Positions 19,083-28,752 of a stretch of DNA of 64,000 nucleotides are shown piece after piece. Origin of the DNA: an uncultured Chloroflexia bacterium (lineage in GTDB: Bacteria > Chloroflexota > Limnocylindria > QHBO01). The notes under the pieces are model-generated. The model was not told where the DNA came from and searched no databases. It saw only the letters and a list, made by a program, of their open reading frames with translations. A program made the translations under genes and the position numbers. The stretch covers positions 96,001-160,000 of the forward strand of contig CAWGTN010000002.1 of NCBI GenBank assembly GCA_963825525.1. Reading direction: 5' to 3'. Position 1 is the first letter of the stretch, and each line of letters opens with the position of its first letter.

Positions 19083-20020
19083 ACGTCATGGAGTGGCTGC
19101 TGGACTCCGATCCATCAATTCGCTGGCAGGTGATGCAGGCCCTGGAGGACGCCCCCTCAGACGTGGTTGATACCGAGCGGGCAAAGGTCGCGACGACCGG
19201 CTGGGGACAGGAGCTGCTGGCCCGCCAGGCGCCCGACGGTCATTGGGGAGGCCAGGCCGATGCCACCTCCTGGACCACGAGCCGCGAGTGGCATTGCCTC
19301 GAGTCTCTCGCGTGGCTGCGATCGATGGGTCTCGACCCGCACAGTCCCCAGGCGCGCAGGGCAACCGACCTGGTCCGCGACAACGTGACGTGGAAATGGT
19401 GGGACGACCATCCGTTCTTCGTCGGGGAAGTCGAGCCGTGCATCAACGGGCGCGTGGTCGCGACCGGCGCCTACTTCGGCCAGGACGTTGGGGGCCTCGT
19501 CGATCGGCTGCTGGGCGAGCAGATGGCTGATGGCGGCTGGAACTGCGAACAGGAGAACGGAGCGACGGTTGGCTCGTTCGGCACCACGATCAACGTGCTG
19601 GAGGGCCTGCTCGAGCACGATCGGGCGACCGGTGGCACCCCCGAGCTGGCGGTCGCCCAGGAGCGCGGACGCGAGTACCTGCTCGAGCGAGGCCTGATGC
19701 GTCGCCGCACCACCGGGGAGATCATCGATCCTGCGTTCACCCGATTCTCGTTCCCGAACGGATGGCACTACGACGTCCTTCGGGCCCTCGACTACCTCCG
19801 TGCCGCCGATGTCGAGCCGGACGATCGGCTCCACGAGGCCATCGAGCTTGTCGAGTCGAAACGGGACGCCGACGGACGTTGGCCGCTCGAGAATCCCCAC
19901 CCAGAGCAGCTCGAGATCGAGATGGGGGAACGCGAAGGTCAGCCAAGCCGATGGAACACGCTGCGCGCGATGCGTGTCCTGCGCTGGTATCGGCAGCTGT
20001 CGAGCGGCGCCGAGCACTGA
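19079..20020 (+). CDS. prenyltransferase/squalene-cyclase repeat (alpha/alpha barrel) protein
   Basis: QW-type repeats QAPDGHW, QMADGGWNC and KRDADGRW; C-terminal SRWNTLRA. Confidence 0.8.
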   Translation: MNVMEWLLDSDPSIRWQVMQALEDAPSDVVDTERAKVATTGWGQELLARQAPDGHWGGQADATSWTTSREWHCLESLAWLRSMGLDPHSPQARRATDLVRDNVTWKWWDDHPFFVGEVEPCINGRVVATGAYFGQDVGGLVDRLLGEQMADGGWNCEQENGATVGSFGTTINVLEGLLEHDRATGGTPELAVAQERGREYLLERGLMRRRTTGEIIDPAFTRFSFPNGWHYDVLRALDYLRAADVEPDDRLHEAIELVESKRDADGRWPLENPHPEQLEIEMGEREGQPSRWNTLRAMRVLRWYRQLSSGAEH

Positions 20021-20027
20021 GGCGGGC

Positions 20028-20990
20028 TCAGGGTCCGTTGTGCTGCCCGAACTCCGCGACGGTGGCCTCCACTGTCGACACGAAGCGGTGCACGAGGGGG
20101 TCAGCGTCGGCCGGCCACGCCAGCAGGACCTCGCCAGGCTCGACGTCGACGATGGGAACCATGACGATCTCCGACGGCAGATATTCGGCGGCCAGCGTCG
20201 GCAGGGTGTAGCCGATTGCGCGGCCCGCGCGAACCACGGGCACCCACTCGACCCCGGAGCGGACCTCGGGACCGGTCGACGGCTCACCAAGCGGATGCTG
20301 GAACCAGAATCGGGTCCATGCGCTGTCCGCGATTGGCACGCGCAGCCACGGGATGCCGGCAAGGTCCTGCGCAACCAACTGCCTGCGACGCGCCAGCGGG
20401 TGGTCGGCCGGCAACAGCACGTGACGCGGTTCCCGCAGAATCGTGAGTGATTCGAGCCCCGCGATGGTCAACGGCCCGAGGACGATGCCAACCTGGCTCG
20501 TCGAGCTCGCGACGCCTGCTGTCGGGTCCGCGTGGTCATACCCGACGACATGGACGTCCACGCCCGGCGACGTCTCGGTGAAACGGTTGATCGCTTCGCG
20601 GACGACCGGGGCGTTGTGAACCGCCATCGCCACGCCGATGACCAGGCGACCTTCCATGCCCGCCGCCGCCTGCCGTACCGCGTCGAGGGCATCGGCGACG
20701 TCACCCAGGATCTGCTGCGCCGCTGGAACGAACACTTCGCCGGCCCCGGTGAGCGCCACGTGCCGCGTGCTTCGCGAGAAGAGGCGGACGTCGAGCGCGA
20801 GCTCCAGGTCGCGGATGCCCGCACTGAGCGCCTGTTGCGCCACGTGGAGCCGTGCTGCCGCCCGGGTGAAGTTCAGCTCCTCGGCTGTCGCGAGGAAGTA
20901 CCGGAGATGCCTGAGGTCGAACGCAGGCTCGACCTCGACCGCCACGCGGCGTCCGGGAGGCGTGTTCCGCGCGTCAGAATCGGACTGCAA
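20028..20990 (-). CDS. LysR family regulator
   Basis: LRHLRYF...LNFTRAAARLHVAQQALS...LFSRSTRHVALTGAG; true start probably downstream of 20990. Confidence 0.93.
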   Translation of the reverse strand: MQSDSDARNTPPGRRVAVEVEPAFDLRHLRYFLATAEELNFTRAAARLHVAQQALSAGIRDLELALDVRLFSRSTRHVALTGAGEVFVPAAQQILGDVADALDAVRQAAAGMEGRLVIGVAMAVHNAPVVREAINRFTETSPGVDVHVVGYDHADPTAGVASSTSQVGIVLGPLTIAGLESLTILREPRHVLLPADHPLARRRQLVAQDLAGIPWLRVPIADSAWTRFWFQHPLGEPSTGPEVRSGVEWVPVVRAGRAIGYTLPTLAAEYLPSEIVMVPIVDVEPGEVLLAWPADADPLVHRFVSTVEATVAEFGQHNGP

Positions 20991-21169
20991 GGTTCCCTCG
21001 CCTTCGGTGGCCTCGGCGCGCTGTGATTGTGACGGTCCGTCTCTCCGTCCACAACCGGGGATTGTGACCTCAGCCTGACTCGATGTTTCCGCGCGGCCGC
21101 GGTGCGAGGGACACTTCGCGACAACCCCGGACGCCTCCGGTCACAAATCGCCAAGTGGGACTCACGATC

Positions 21170-21562
21170 ATGAAACGACCCATCCGCGCCGTCGTCTACG
21201 GCTTTGCCATCTGGTGGCTGTGGTTCGGCTTTGTCGGGCTGTCGCAGCTGCTGCCCGATACCACCAGGGCACTGCCAGCCTTCGCGCTCCTGCGCCTCCT
21301 CGTCCTGGTGCTGCTCGTCGTCGCGTTCGCCGTCGACTACCTCCGCCGAGTCGAGCGCAGCGGATTCGCGGAAGGCCTCGTGGTCGGGGTGCTGTGGATG
21401 GCGCTGATGGTCGCCAACGACATCGGCCATTTCCTCGTCATGGGCGCCGTCTTCGACGTCGGCGTCTACTTCTCGCAGGCGGCCCCGTTGTACGCCTTCA
21501 TCCCGCTGATGACGATCACGATGTTCACCCGTCTCATGACATCGGAGCCGAGCGCCGTCTGA
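21170..21562 (+). CDS. hypothetical membrane protein (probable LysR target)
   Basis: Four TM segments; divergent from the LysR gene. Confidence 0.7.
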   Translation: MKRPIRAVVYGFAIWWLWFGFVGLSQLLPDTTRALPAFALLRLLVLVLLVVAFAVDYLRRVERSGFAEGLVVGVLWMALMVANDIGHFLVMGAVFDVGVYFSQAAPLYAFIPLMTITMFTRLMTSEPSAV

Positions 21563-21577
21563 GCATCGGCCGACTCG

Positions 21578-21988
21578 TCAACGTGGTGTCTGGATGACAC
21601 GGATCATGTTGCCGGCCGGGTCGCGAAATGCGCAGTCACGGCCGTACGACTGGTCCATCGGCTCCTGGATGACCTCGGCGCCCGTCGCCTGCACGCGGTC
21701 GAAGGTGGCGTCGAGATCGGGCGTCGAGAAGTTCAGACCCCGCAGGAGTCCCTTCGCGAGCAGATCGCCCATCAGCTCGCGATCCGCCGCCGAGATACCC
21801 GGATCGGCCGCTGGCGGCTCGAGAACGATGTTGATGTCGGGCTGTGAGCGTGGTCCGACGGTGACCCAGCGCATGCCGTAGGCGGAAACGTCGTTGCGCA
21901 CCTCGAAGCCCAGGGCATCGCGGTAGAAGGCGATCGCCTTGTCATGGTCGTCAACTGCCAGGAAGCAGTCCTGCACTTTCAAATCCAT
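21578..21988 (-). CDS. VOC/glyoxalase family protein
   Basis: VDDHDKAIAFYRDALGF...RDCAFRDPAGNMIR. Confidence 0.93.
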   Translation of the reverse strand: MDLKVQDCFLAVDDHDKAIAFYRDALGFEVRNDVSAYGMRWVTVGPRSQPDINIVLEPPAADPGISAADRELMGDLLAKGLLRGLNFSTPDLDATFDRVQATGAEVIQEPMDQSYGRDCAFRDPAGNMIRVIQTPR

Positions 21989-21997
21989 GGACTGAGC

Positions 21998-22417
<420 letters not shown>

Positions 22418-22485
22418 GGCAGCAACGATACCGGGCTTCGGCAGCGCGGGCCGCGGAGCTCGCGGCGGGCAATCGAGCCGGGATG

Positions 22486-23184
22486 CTATTCGGGGGTGAC
22501 CAGGCTGCGCTCGTCGAGCTTCGCGCCGAAGTAGCGTGCCTCGGGATCGACCACGACGGTCCTCGTCCCGTCGCCGGCGCGTGCCAGGGCATCCCGCGCC
22601 ATCTGCTCGAAGGTGATCTTCCGAGGCCCACCGATGTCCACCGTGCCATTGATCGGGGCGGCGGACGCGGCCCGTGCCACGGCGGCCGCGACCTCGGCCG
22701 CGGGAATGGGTTGGATCAGCGCATCCGGGACGCGCACCTCGTCGCCGACGGTCAGCGAATCGGTGATCCCGCCGGTGAACTCGTCGAACTGCGTTGCTCG
22801 AACGATCGTGTACGGGAGGCCGGACGTGGTGATGACGCGTTCCTGGGCAACCTTTGCCCGCATGTACGGGCTATCCGGCATCCCGTCGACGCCGACGATC
22901 GACAACGCGACGTAGTGGCCGACGCCGGCGGCCTTGGCCGCGGTCGCGATGTTCGTCGCCGATGTCGAGAAGAATGCCATGACCGCATCGGGCTCGAAGG
23001 AGGGCGAGTTCGTGACGTCGACGAGCGCATCGGCACCGGCAAGCGCGGCAGCGAGGCCCTCACCGCTCAGGACATCGACACCGGACGATCGCGAGGACGC
23101 GATGACGTCGTGTCCTTCGCCACGGAGGAGCTCCACGACCGTGGTGCCGATGAGGCCGCTGGCTCCGACGACGGTGATCTTCAT
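22486..23184 (-). CDS. NAD(P)H-binding atypical SDR (NmrA-like)
   Basis: MKITVVGASGLIG, YMRAK and IVRATQF. Confidence 0.9.
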   Translation of the reverse strand: MKITVVGASGLIGTTVVELLRGEGHDVIASSRSSGVDVLSGEGLAAALAGADALVDVTNSPSFEPDAVMAFFSTSATNIATAAKAAGVGHYVALSIVGVDGMPDSPYMRAKVAQERVITTSGLPYTIVRATQFDEFTGGITDSLTVGDEVRVPDALIQPIPAAEVAAAVARAASAAPINGTVDIGGPRKITFEQMARDALARAGDGTRTVVVDPEARYFGAKLDERSLVTPE

Positions 23185-23189
23185 GTGCG

Positions 23190-23873
23190 TCAGATTGCCA
23201 TGAAGCGAGGACGTGAGCCAGGACTTGATCCGGACCGATACGACTCCAGCAGCTCGGCGAGTTCCCGCGGCCGGCTCAGCGCGGGGGTATGTGCGCTCGG
23301 CAGCTCGTCGGGCTCGATCCCCAGCCGATCGCGCACGACGCCCCGCAACCAGTCCGGGCGGAAGAACCGGTCGTCGAGGCCGATGATCACATGGGTCGGG
23401 ACGTCCGGCCACGCGTCCAGCGGCCATGGTTCCCGCGAGGTGGTCTCCGACTGCGTCCGCTCCTTCGAGCTCGCCTCGGCCGCGAGGGCGGGCTCGACGT
23501 CGTGATAGAAGGCGTCGGGCTCGTCCGCCGGAAATGTCCAGCCGGTGGCCGTCCACATCTCGTTGGCGCTCTCGCCGGGGCGAGGGATCATGGGGCAGAC
23601 CAGCACGAGACGGTCGGCCTTCGCCAGATGGGCCACGATCGGCGCGATGTAGCCGCCCCACGACTGACCGACCACGATGAGCTCGCCGTCACCGCGGTCG
23701 CGCGCGATGGCGTCGGTCACCGATCGGGCATTGTCAGTCAGCGTCGCGTCATCGTTCCCGATCGGCAGGTCGGGCGCAACGGTGCGGTGTCCTCGCGCCC
23801 GGAGCTCCCGCTCGACGAGGTGCCAGTACCAGCCCACGTCGAAGGCCCCGTGGATCAGGGCATAGGTCGCCAT
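23190..23873 (-). CDS. alpha/beta hydrolase
   Basis: LIHGA, GQSWGG and SAHTPALSRP. Confidence 0.9.
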   Translation of the reverse strand: MATYALIHGAFDVGWYWHLVERELRARGHRTVAPDLPIGNDDATLTDNARSVTDAIARDRGDGELIVVGQSWGGYIAPIVAHLAKADRLVLVCPMIPRPGESANEMWTATGWTFPADEPDAFYHDVEPALAAEASSKERTQSETTSREPWPLDAWPDVPTHVIIGLDDRFFRPDWLRGVVRDRLGIEPDELPSAHTPALSRPRELAELLESYRSGSSPGSRPRFMAI

Positions 23874-24041
23874 CGGTTGCAGTCTCCAGCATGCGGTTCA
23901 AGAGTTGGACGCCGTCAGAGCCTGGTACTCATCGGCGCGTCTACACTGCCCGCCTGCACACCCGAGCCCGGATGAGGCTGGCAGAATCCGGAGGGAACAT
24001 CATCAGCATCGGCGGACTGTAGGCAAAGGAGGGACGCCACG

Positions 24042-24242
24042 ATGACCTGGGAGCAGGCGGAAGAGACCGCACGGCCGGTCCTGAAGTGCCCGCTATGCGG
24101 CGGCACCGAGTTCGACCAGGAGCAGGGTCGGATGGACAGCCGATGGGGCATCACCAGCCACAAGCTCGTCCTTCAGATCTGCCGGACGTGCGGCCTGGTC
24201 CTCCAGTTCTCGGCCGGCCGCGGGATCTTCGACTTCGACTGA
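24042..24242 (+). CDS. small zinc-ribbon protein
   Basis: CPLCGG...CRTCG pair; AGGAGG RBS. Confidence 0.75.
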   Translation: MTWEQAEETARPVLKCPLCGGTEFDQEQGRMDSRWGITSHKLVLQICRTCGLVLQFSAGRGIFDFD

Positions 24243-24244
24243 GC

Positions 24245-24841
24245 GTGTTCGATCGGCTTCCGGGACCGATGCGCCGATGGCTGTACGCCGGTGGCACCCG
24301 CCAGGATCGGTTGCGTGATCCCGATGCGGTCGTTGCCGCCCTCCGGCTGCGTCCCGGGATGGTGGTTGCCGACCTCGGCCCGGGCTACGGCCACTTCACG
24401 CTCCGGATGAGCCGCGCCGTGGCGCCCGACGGGGTCGTCTACGCGCTCGACGCGAGCCGGACCACCCTCGACGAGCTTCGGCAGGCGGCCGAAGAACGAG
24501 ATGTCACCACGATGAAGTTCGTCGAGATTCCGCGTGACCGCCTGGTCGTGCCTGAGCCGGTCGACCTGCTCTTCGTCTCAGCCACGTACCACCACCTGCC
24601 CGACCCGGCAAGGTACTTCACCGAAGCGCGAGCGCTCCTGAAGCCCCGCGGGCGCCTCGTCATCCTTGAAGCGCGGCGCGAGGGCGTGCTCGCCCAGTGG
24701 CGTGGGCGGCATGCGACATCGCCCCGCCGCGTCGAGCGTGAGATGCGCGAGGCGGGGTACCGGCTCGTCGACACCCACGCTCTCGTGCCGGGCCACCTGT
24801 TCGCGGAGTTCACCGCCTCGCCGCCCGGGGATCGCAGCTAG
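24245..24841 (+). CDS. class I SAM-dependent methyltransferase
   Basis: VADLGPGYG, VYALD, YHHL and LKPRGRLVILE. Confidence 0.88.
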   Translation: MFDRLPGPMRRWLYAGGTRQDRLRDPDAVVAALRLRPGMVVADLGPGYGHFTLRMSRAVAPDGVVYALDASRTTLDELRQAAEERDVTTMKFVEIPRDRLVVPEPVDLLFVSATYHHLPDPARYFTEARALLKPRGRLVILEARREGVLAQWRGRHATSPRRVEREMREAGYRLVDTHALVPGHLFAEFTASPPGDRS

Positions 24842-27165
24842 GGGGACGGCGTCGGGCTGGGGGAGGGGCTCGGGGTGGGGCTGCTCGTCGGCGTCGAGGT
24901 CGGCCGGCTGGTCGGCGTCGCGGTGGACGCCGCTGAACCCGACGGCGACGGCGACGACGAGGAGGATGGTGTCGGCTGCGTCGTCGGGCTCGACGTTCCG
25001 GCCGGCGTCCCGCTCGGGCTCGGCGTCAGCGTCGGCCCCGGCGTTCCCGACGCACCGACGGACGACGACGCGGAGGGTGACGGCGTGACCTGCGGCGTGA
25101 CCCCCAGGATGGCGATGATCTCCGCCTTGTAGTCCTCGAACTGTGCGATGACATCGGCGAGGGGCAGCGTGGGGATGGTCTCGGCGAAGGCCGCGATCTC
25201 CTCCCACAGATCGGCGAGCGATAGCTGCTGCTCCTGATCGGGCAGGGAGTCGATCGTCACCACCAGCTGGCTCGCGACGGCTGCCGTGATGCACTCGAAG
25301 CACTCGTAGTTCACCGCCGCGCTCAGGTTCTGCGGGACGATGACGTCGGCGTGCCCGACGATGACCACGACCTGGAAGGCCACCGCGACGGTGACGCAGT
25401 CGCTGCAGCTCGCGAACGCGTACGCCTCGTTCGTGTTGAGCACCGGGTCCTCGCCGGTGACCCAGACCATTGCCACGGCCACGTCGTACTGGGCCGTGCC
25501 GTCGCTCGTGTTGACGGAGATCGCCTGGTTGTCTCCCGGGTCGGGCGGCAGCGGCTCGTTGAACGGGAAGACCCATGCGGGCTCGGCGGTACCACCGGGA
25601 TCGGCTCCGTCGCCTGCGCCATCCGACTCGCGCGGAACGAGGACCAGCGCCATCTGTGGCTCGTCCTCGGTCGGCCGCGGGCCGCCGTCCGACATGAGCG
25701 TCAGCACCTCGCCACCTCGGGCGGTGGTCGTTGGCGGCCGATCGAAGCCTGCTGCGCCCAGGGGAACATTGGCGACGCTGAAGATCGTCCCATCCTCGAA
25801 CGGGCTCACCGGGCGATAGCGCTCGGCGCCTGGCCACCACGCGAACGCGAGGGCCACGACGGCGGCGAGTACGAGCGCTCCGGCACCCGTGCGACGCACG
25901 GGCCGGCCCTCGGTCCGGCGCCACAGGCTGCGCACGATGCCGTAGACCACCCGGCCCAGGACGAATCCGATCGCCAGGATCGGGAGCGTCACGACCGCCA
26001 TCGCGAGAACGGCGCCGGCGGCATCGATGAAGGCTCCAGCCGCCAGATGCGCGCCCGCCCGCCCCCATTCGCGGCCGATGCTGTCGAGGGCAGTGCCGAT
26101 GATGCGCGGCGCCGCCAACACCATGGCGAACAGTGAGAACGCGAGCAGGGGCACCACGACCAGCACCCACAGGGTGACGATGATCCGAACCCACCACTTG
26201 AGTTGCGCGACGCGCGGATCGTTCCAGCGGCCCGGCCAGAAGGAGGTCAGGATCGGCCATATCCGCGAGAAGAGGTCGGGCACGCCGGTGACGTCGGCGA
26301 GGACGTGGTACCCGTCGAACCGCACGAGCGGGGCAAGCTGGCGGATCATCTGAAGGATCTGGGCGGCGATGATCAGGAGCAGCGCATCCCAGCCGGTGAC
26401 CCACCAGGCCGCGGCGATGGCGACGGTGACGATCGCGTTGAAGTACAGGCCACCGAGGTCGGTGCGCAGGCGGGCTGCCCGACCCAGGCGATAGGTATCG
26501 GTCACATCGGTGTAGAAGGCTGGCCAGAGCAGGAACCAGCCGGCTCCCATCGCGCCCGGTTGGGCTCCGCCACGTCGGGCCGCGGCCGCATGGCCGAACT
26601 CGTGGAAGCCCGCCGAGAGGATCGTGATGACGAGGACGAGTGCCAGAAGGTCCGGCTTGGCGAACGCCTGGTACGTCGCTGACGCCAGGCCCTGCTCGGC
26701 AAGGAGCCACCAGGCGATCCATCCAAACAGGGCGATCAGCGGGATCCAGGCCAGGGGATGGAACAGGACCGTGAACGGGGCGGTGATCCGACGCGTGAGG
26801 GCTGGATCGGTCACCGCGAACCGCAGCTTGAGCCCGGTCAGCGGATTGGACCGCTTCAGCTCCGGGATCGATCCATCTGCGCCGAGCAGCAAGCCGCGCG
26901 GCCGCAGCTGCTTCTCGGCGAGCGTCGCGACATCGGAGGCCGAGATCCGGCGGCCAGTGCGCTCGGACACGAGCTCCGCGATCTCCTCGTGGCCCCGCTG
27001 GCCGTCAACCGCATCGAGGACGGCGTACAGCAGGGGCGTCAGCTGGAGGGTCTGGCCGTCCTGCCGGCGGACCAGGGCGGGCGGTACGCGGTACCCCGAC
27101 CCCTCCATCTCGCCGATGAGCTCGAGGCCGTCCGGGCGCACCGGGACGTCAGCGACCATCGCCAT
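24838..27165 (-). CDS. PqqD/RRE-like + M50 (site-2) metalloprotease + extracellular CxxC beta-repeat fusion protein
   Basis: N-terminal strands plus LTPLLYAVLDAVDGQRGHEEIAELV (PqqD-like wHTH); FHEFGH, AFYTDVT and QLAPLVRFDGY M50 motifs; multiple TMs; repeats NEAYAFASCSDCVTVAVAFQ / NLSAAVNYECFECITAAVASQ; Pro/Ser/Thr tail. Confidence 0.85.
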   Translation of the reverse strand: MAMVADVPVRPDGLELIGEMEGSGYRVPPALVRRQDGQTLQLTPLLYAVLDAVDGQRGHEEIAELVSERTGRRISASDVATLAEKQLRPRGLLLGADGSIPELKRSNPLTGLKLRFAVTDPALTRRITAPFTVLFHPLAWIPLIALFGWIAWWLLAEQGLASATYQAFAKPDLLALVLVITILSAGFHEFGHAAAARRGGAQPGAMGAGWFLLWPAFYTDVTDTYRLGRAARLRTDLGGLYFNAIVTVAIAAAWWVTGWDALLLIIAAQILQMIRQLAPLVRFDGYHVLADVTGVPDLFSRIWPILTSFWPGRWNDPRVAQLKWWVRIIVTLWVLVVVPLLAFSLFAMVLAAPRIIGTALDSIGREWGRAGAHLAAGAFIDAAGAVLAMAVVTLPILAIGFVLGRVVYGIVRSLWRRTEGRPVRRTGAGALVLAAVVALAFAWWPGAERYRPVSPFEDGTIFSVANVPLGAAGFDRPPTTTARGGEVLTLMSDGGPRPTEDEPQMALVLVPRESDGAGDGADPGGTAEPAWVFPFNEPLPPDPGDNQAISVNTSDGTAQYDVAVAMVWVTGEDPVLNTNEAYAFASCSDCVTVAVAFQVVVIVGHADVIVPQNLSAAVNYECFECITAAVASQLVVTIDSLPDQEQQLSLADLWEEIAAFAETIPTLPLADVIAQFEDYKAEIIAILGVTPQVTPSPSASSSVGASGTPGPTLTPSPSGTPAGTSSPTTQPTPSSSSSPSPSGSAASTATPTSRPTSTPTSSPTPSPSPSPTPSP

Positions 27166-27237
27166 GCGGCTCCTTCACGAGGCACGAATGCGTGCCGCGC
27201 AGGGTCACCCGAACCCCACGCGGCGCCGTTGTCCGAG

Positions 27238-27963
27238 CTACTGGCTGATCTCGGAGTCCTGGTCCACGACTGCCGAGCTGTCGCCGTCGATCGACTGGTC
27301 GATGATCGCGTCCTGCACCGAGACGGCGGTCGCGCTCGACCCGATCGACCCGACGTTGGCGGCCACGGCTGCATCGATCGGGGCGGCCACGTTGGCGTTG
27401 GCCGCCACCGCACCCGCGATCGGCGCGGTCAGGTCCGCATCGGCCGCCAGGTTGACGTCGATGTTGAGCAGGTCGCCGCTCAGCATGTCGCCGGCGTCGA
27501 CACCGGTGACCGAGTCTCCGGCAACTGCGCCCGCAGCACCGGCCGCGTCGTCGACCGCGCCGCTGCCATCGGCGAGATCGGCGGTTCCGGCATCCGCATC
27601 GGCGCCGGCGTCGACACTGTCGGACGCCTGGTCAATGTCGCTGGCCTGTGTCGCGGCCGCCGAGGCATCGCCCACGATGCCCTGCGTGATCATCACGCCC
27701 TGGTCGCTCAGCGCCTGGGCGGTGGAGCCGGCGGAGAGGACATTCGCGCCCACTGCGGCATCGATCGGGGCGGCGACATTGGCGTTCGCGGCGACCGCCA
27801 GGTCGACCGGTGCCGCGAGATCGAGCGCAATGTCTGCGTCGACCTGCAGGTCGAGGATCGAGACGACTTCCTTGTCCGGAAGCGCGGTGACCTCTTCGGC
27901 GGCCAGCTCGTCCGCGGTCAGGCCCTTGGTCGGGTCGGTATCGTGAGAAGCGTTCGTGCTCAT
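27238..27963 (-). CDS. 241-aa leader-bearing protein with two 77-aa beta-rich repeats (candidate M50 substrate / fibre subunit)
   Basis: AAGGGGA RBS before ATG 27963; acidic leader LTADELAAEEVTALPDKEVVS; repeats at aa 36-112 and 165-241 share AVAANANVAAPIDAAV. Confidence 0.85.
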   Translation of the reverse strand: MSTNASHDTDPTKGLTADELAAEEVTALPDKEVVSILDLQVDADIALDLAAPVDLAVAANANVAAPIDAAVGANVLSAGSTAQALSDQGVMITQGIVGDASAAATQASDIDQASDSVDAGADADAGTADLADGSGAVDDAAGAAGAVAGDSVTGVDAGDMLSGDLLNIDVNLAADADLTAPIAGAVAANANVAAPIDAAVAANVGSIGSSATAVSVQDAIIDQSIDGDSSAVVDQDSEISQ

Positions 27964-28206
27964 TGTTTCCCCTTGTCTGCTCACCCCGAGTGCGGGGTCG
28001 GCATCGCTGGAAGCACGATGCGTGCCGAAATGCCGGGCCGGTGCACGGCGCGTGCCCGAGTGGGCGCTTCGTGGTGCGCCCGGTCGACAGAGACGGACCG
28101 GCACCGGAGTTGCGGGCGCTTCGGACATTGCCGCGGTAGGAGTCGCAGATATCCCACCCCTCTCGGTGCGCCGAAACAGTTGGTTTCGCTGGCGCATCTG
28201 TGACAC

Positions 28207-28752
28207 ATGAACCCATCGACCGATGTCGTTCGACGGGACCGCCCAGCGTCGGGTGCTGACCTGATCCGACGAGCGGGGTCCGGTGACCGCGATGCATTGG
28301 CAGCGCTGGTGGATGCGCACCACGCCGACATGCTGCGCGTCAGCTTCGTCGTCTGCGGGGACCGCGACATCGCCCGTGACGCTGTGCAATCCGCCTGGCT
28401 GCGAGCTGCGACGCGGTTGGGCTCTGTCCGAGATCACACCCGCGTGCGCGCTTGGCTGTGCTCGGTGGCCGCCAATGAGGCCCGGATGGCCGTCCGTCGG
28501 CGGCGACCGACTGTCCCGGTTTCGGCTCTGGACGACCACGTCGCGGAGCGCGGTATGCCCACGGCAGCCGCGTTGGACCTCGTCGCGACGCTGGAGAGCC
28601 TCGACATTCAGGATCGTCAGCTTCTCGCGCTCCGATACATCGCCGGCTTCAGCTCGACGGAGCTGGCGGACCACTTCGCCATCACCCCGGCTGGCGTTCG
28701 CAGCCGCCTGAAGCGCCTGCTCGATCGGCTACGGAAGGAGCTCGACCGATGA
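28207..28752 (+). CDS. ECF sigma-70 factor
   Basis: Region 2 ARDAVQSAWLRA...RAWLCSVAANEAR; region 4 LLALRY..GFSSTELA..GVRSRLKR. Confidence 0.9.
   Translation: MNPSTDVVRRDRPASGADLIRRAGSGDRDALAALVDAHHADMLRVSFVVCGDRDIARDAVQSAWLRAATRLGSVRDHTRVRAWLCSVAANEARMAVRRRRPTVPVSALDDHVAERGMPTAAALDLVATLESLDIQDRQLLALRYIAGFSSTELADHFAITPAGVRSRLKRLLDRLRKELDR

Noticed and set aside
24042-24841. Methyltransferase and zinc ribbon as tailoring enzymes of the M50 cassette
   Set aside because: They are on the opposite strand and convergent, with no evidence of linkage beyond adjacency.
24840-25100. Low-complexity DNA repeat
   Set aside because: It encodes the Pro/Ser/Thr tail of the M50 fusion; similar linkers occur near 29000, 30850 and 59400.
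28180-28206. ECF41-type promoter (TGTCACA on the minus strand) for the precursor gene
   Set aside because: No CGTC-like -10 element at the 16-nt spacing.
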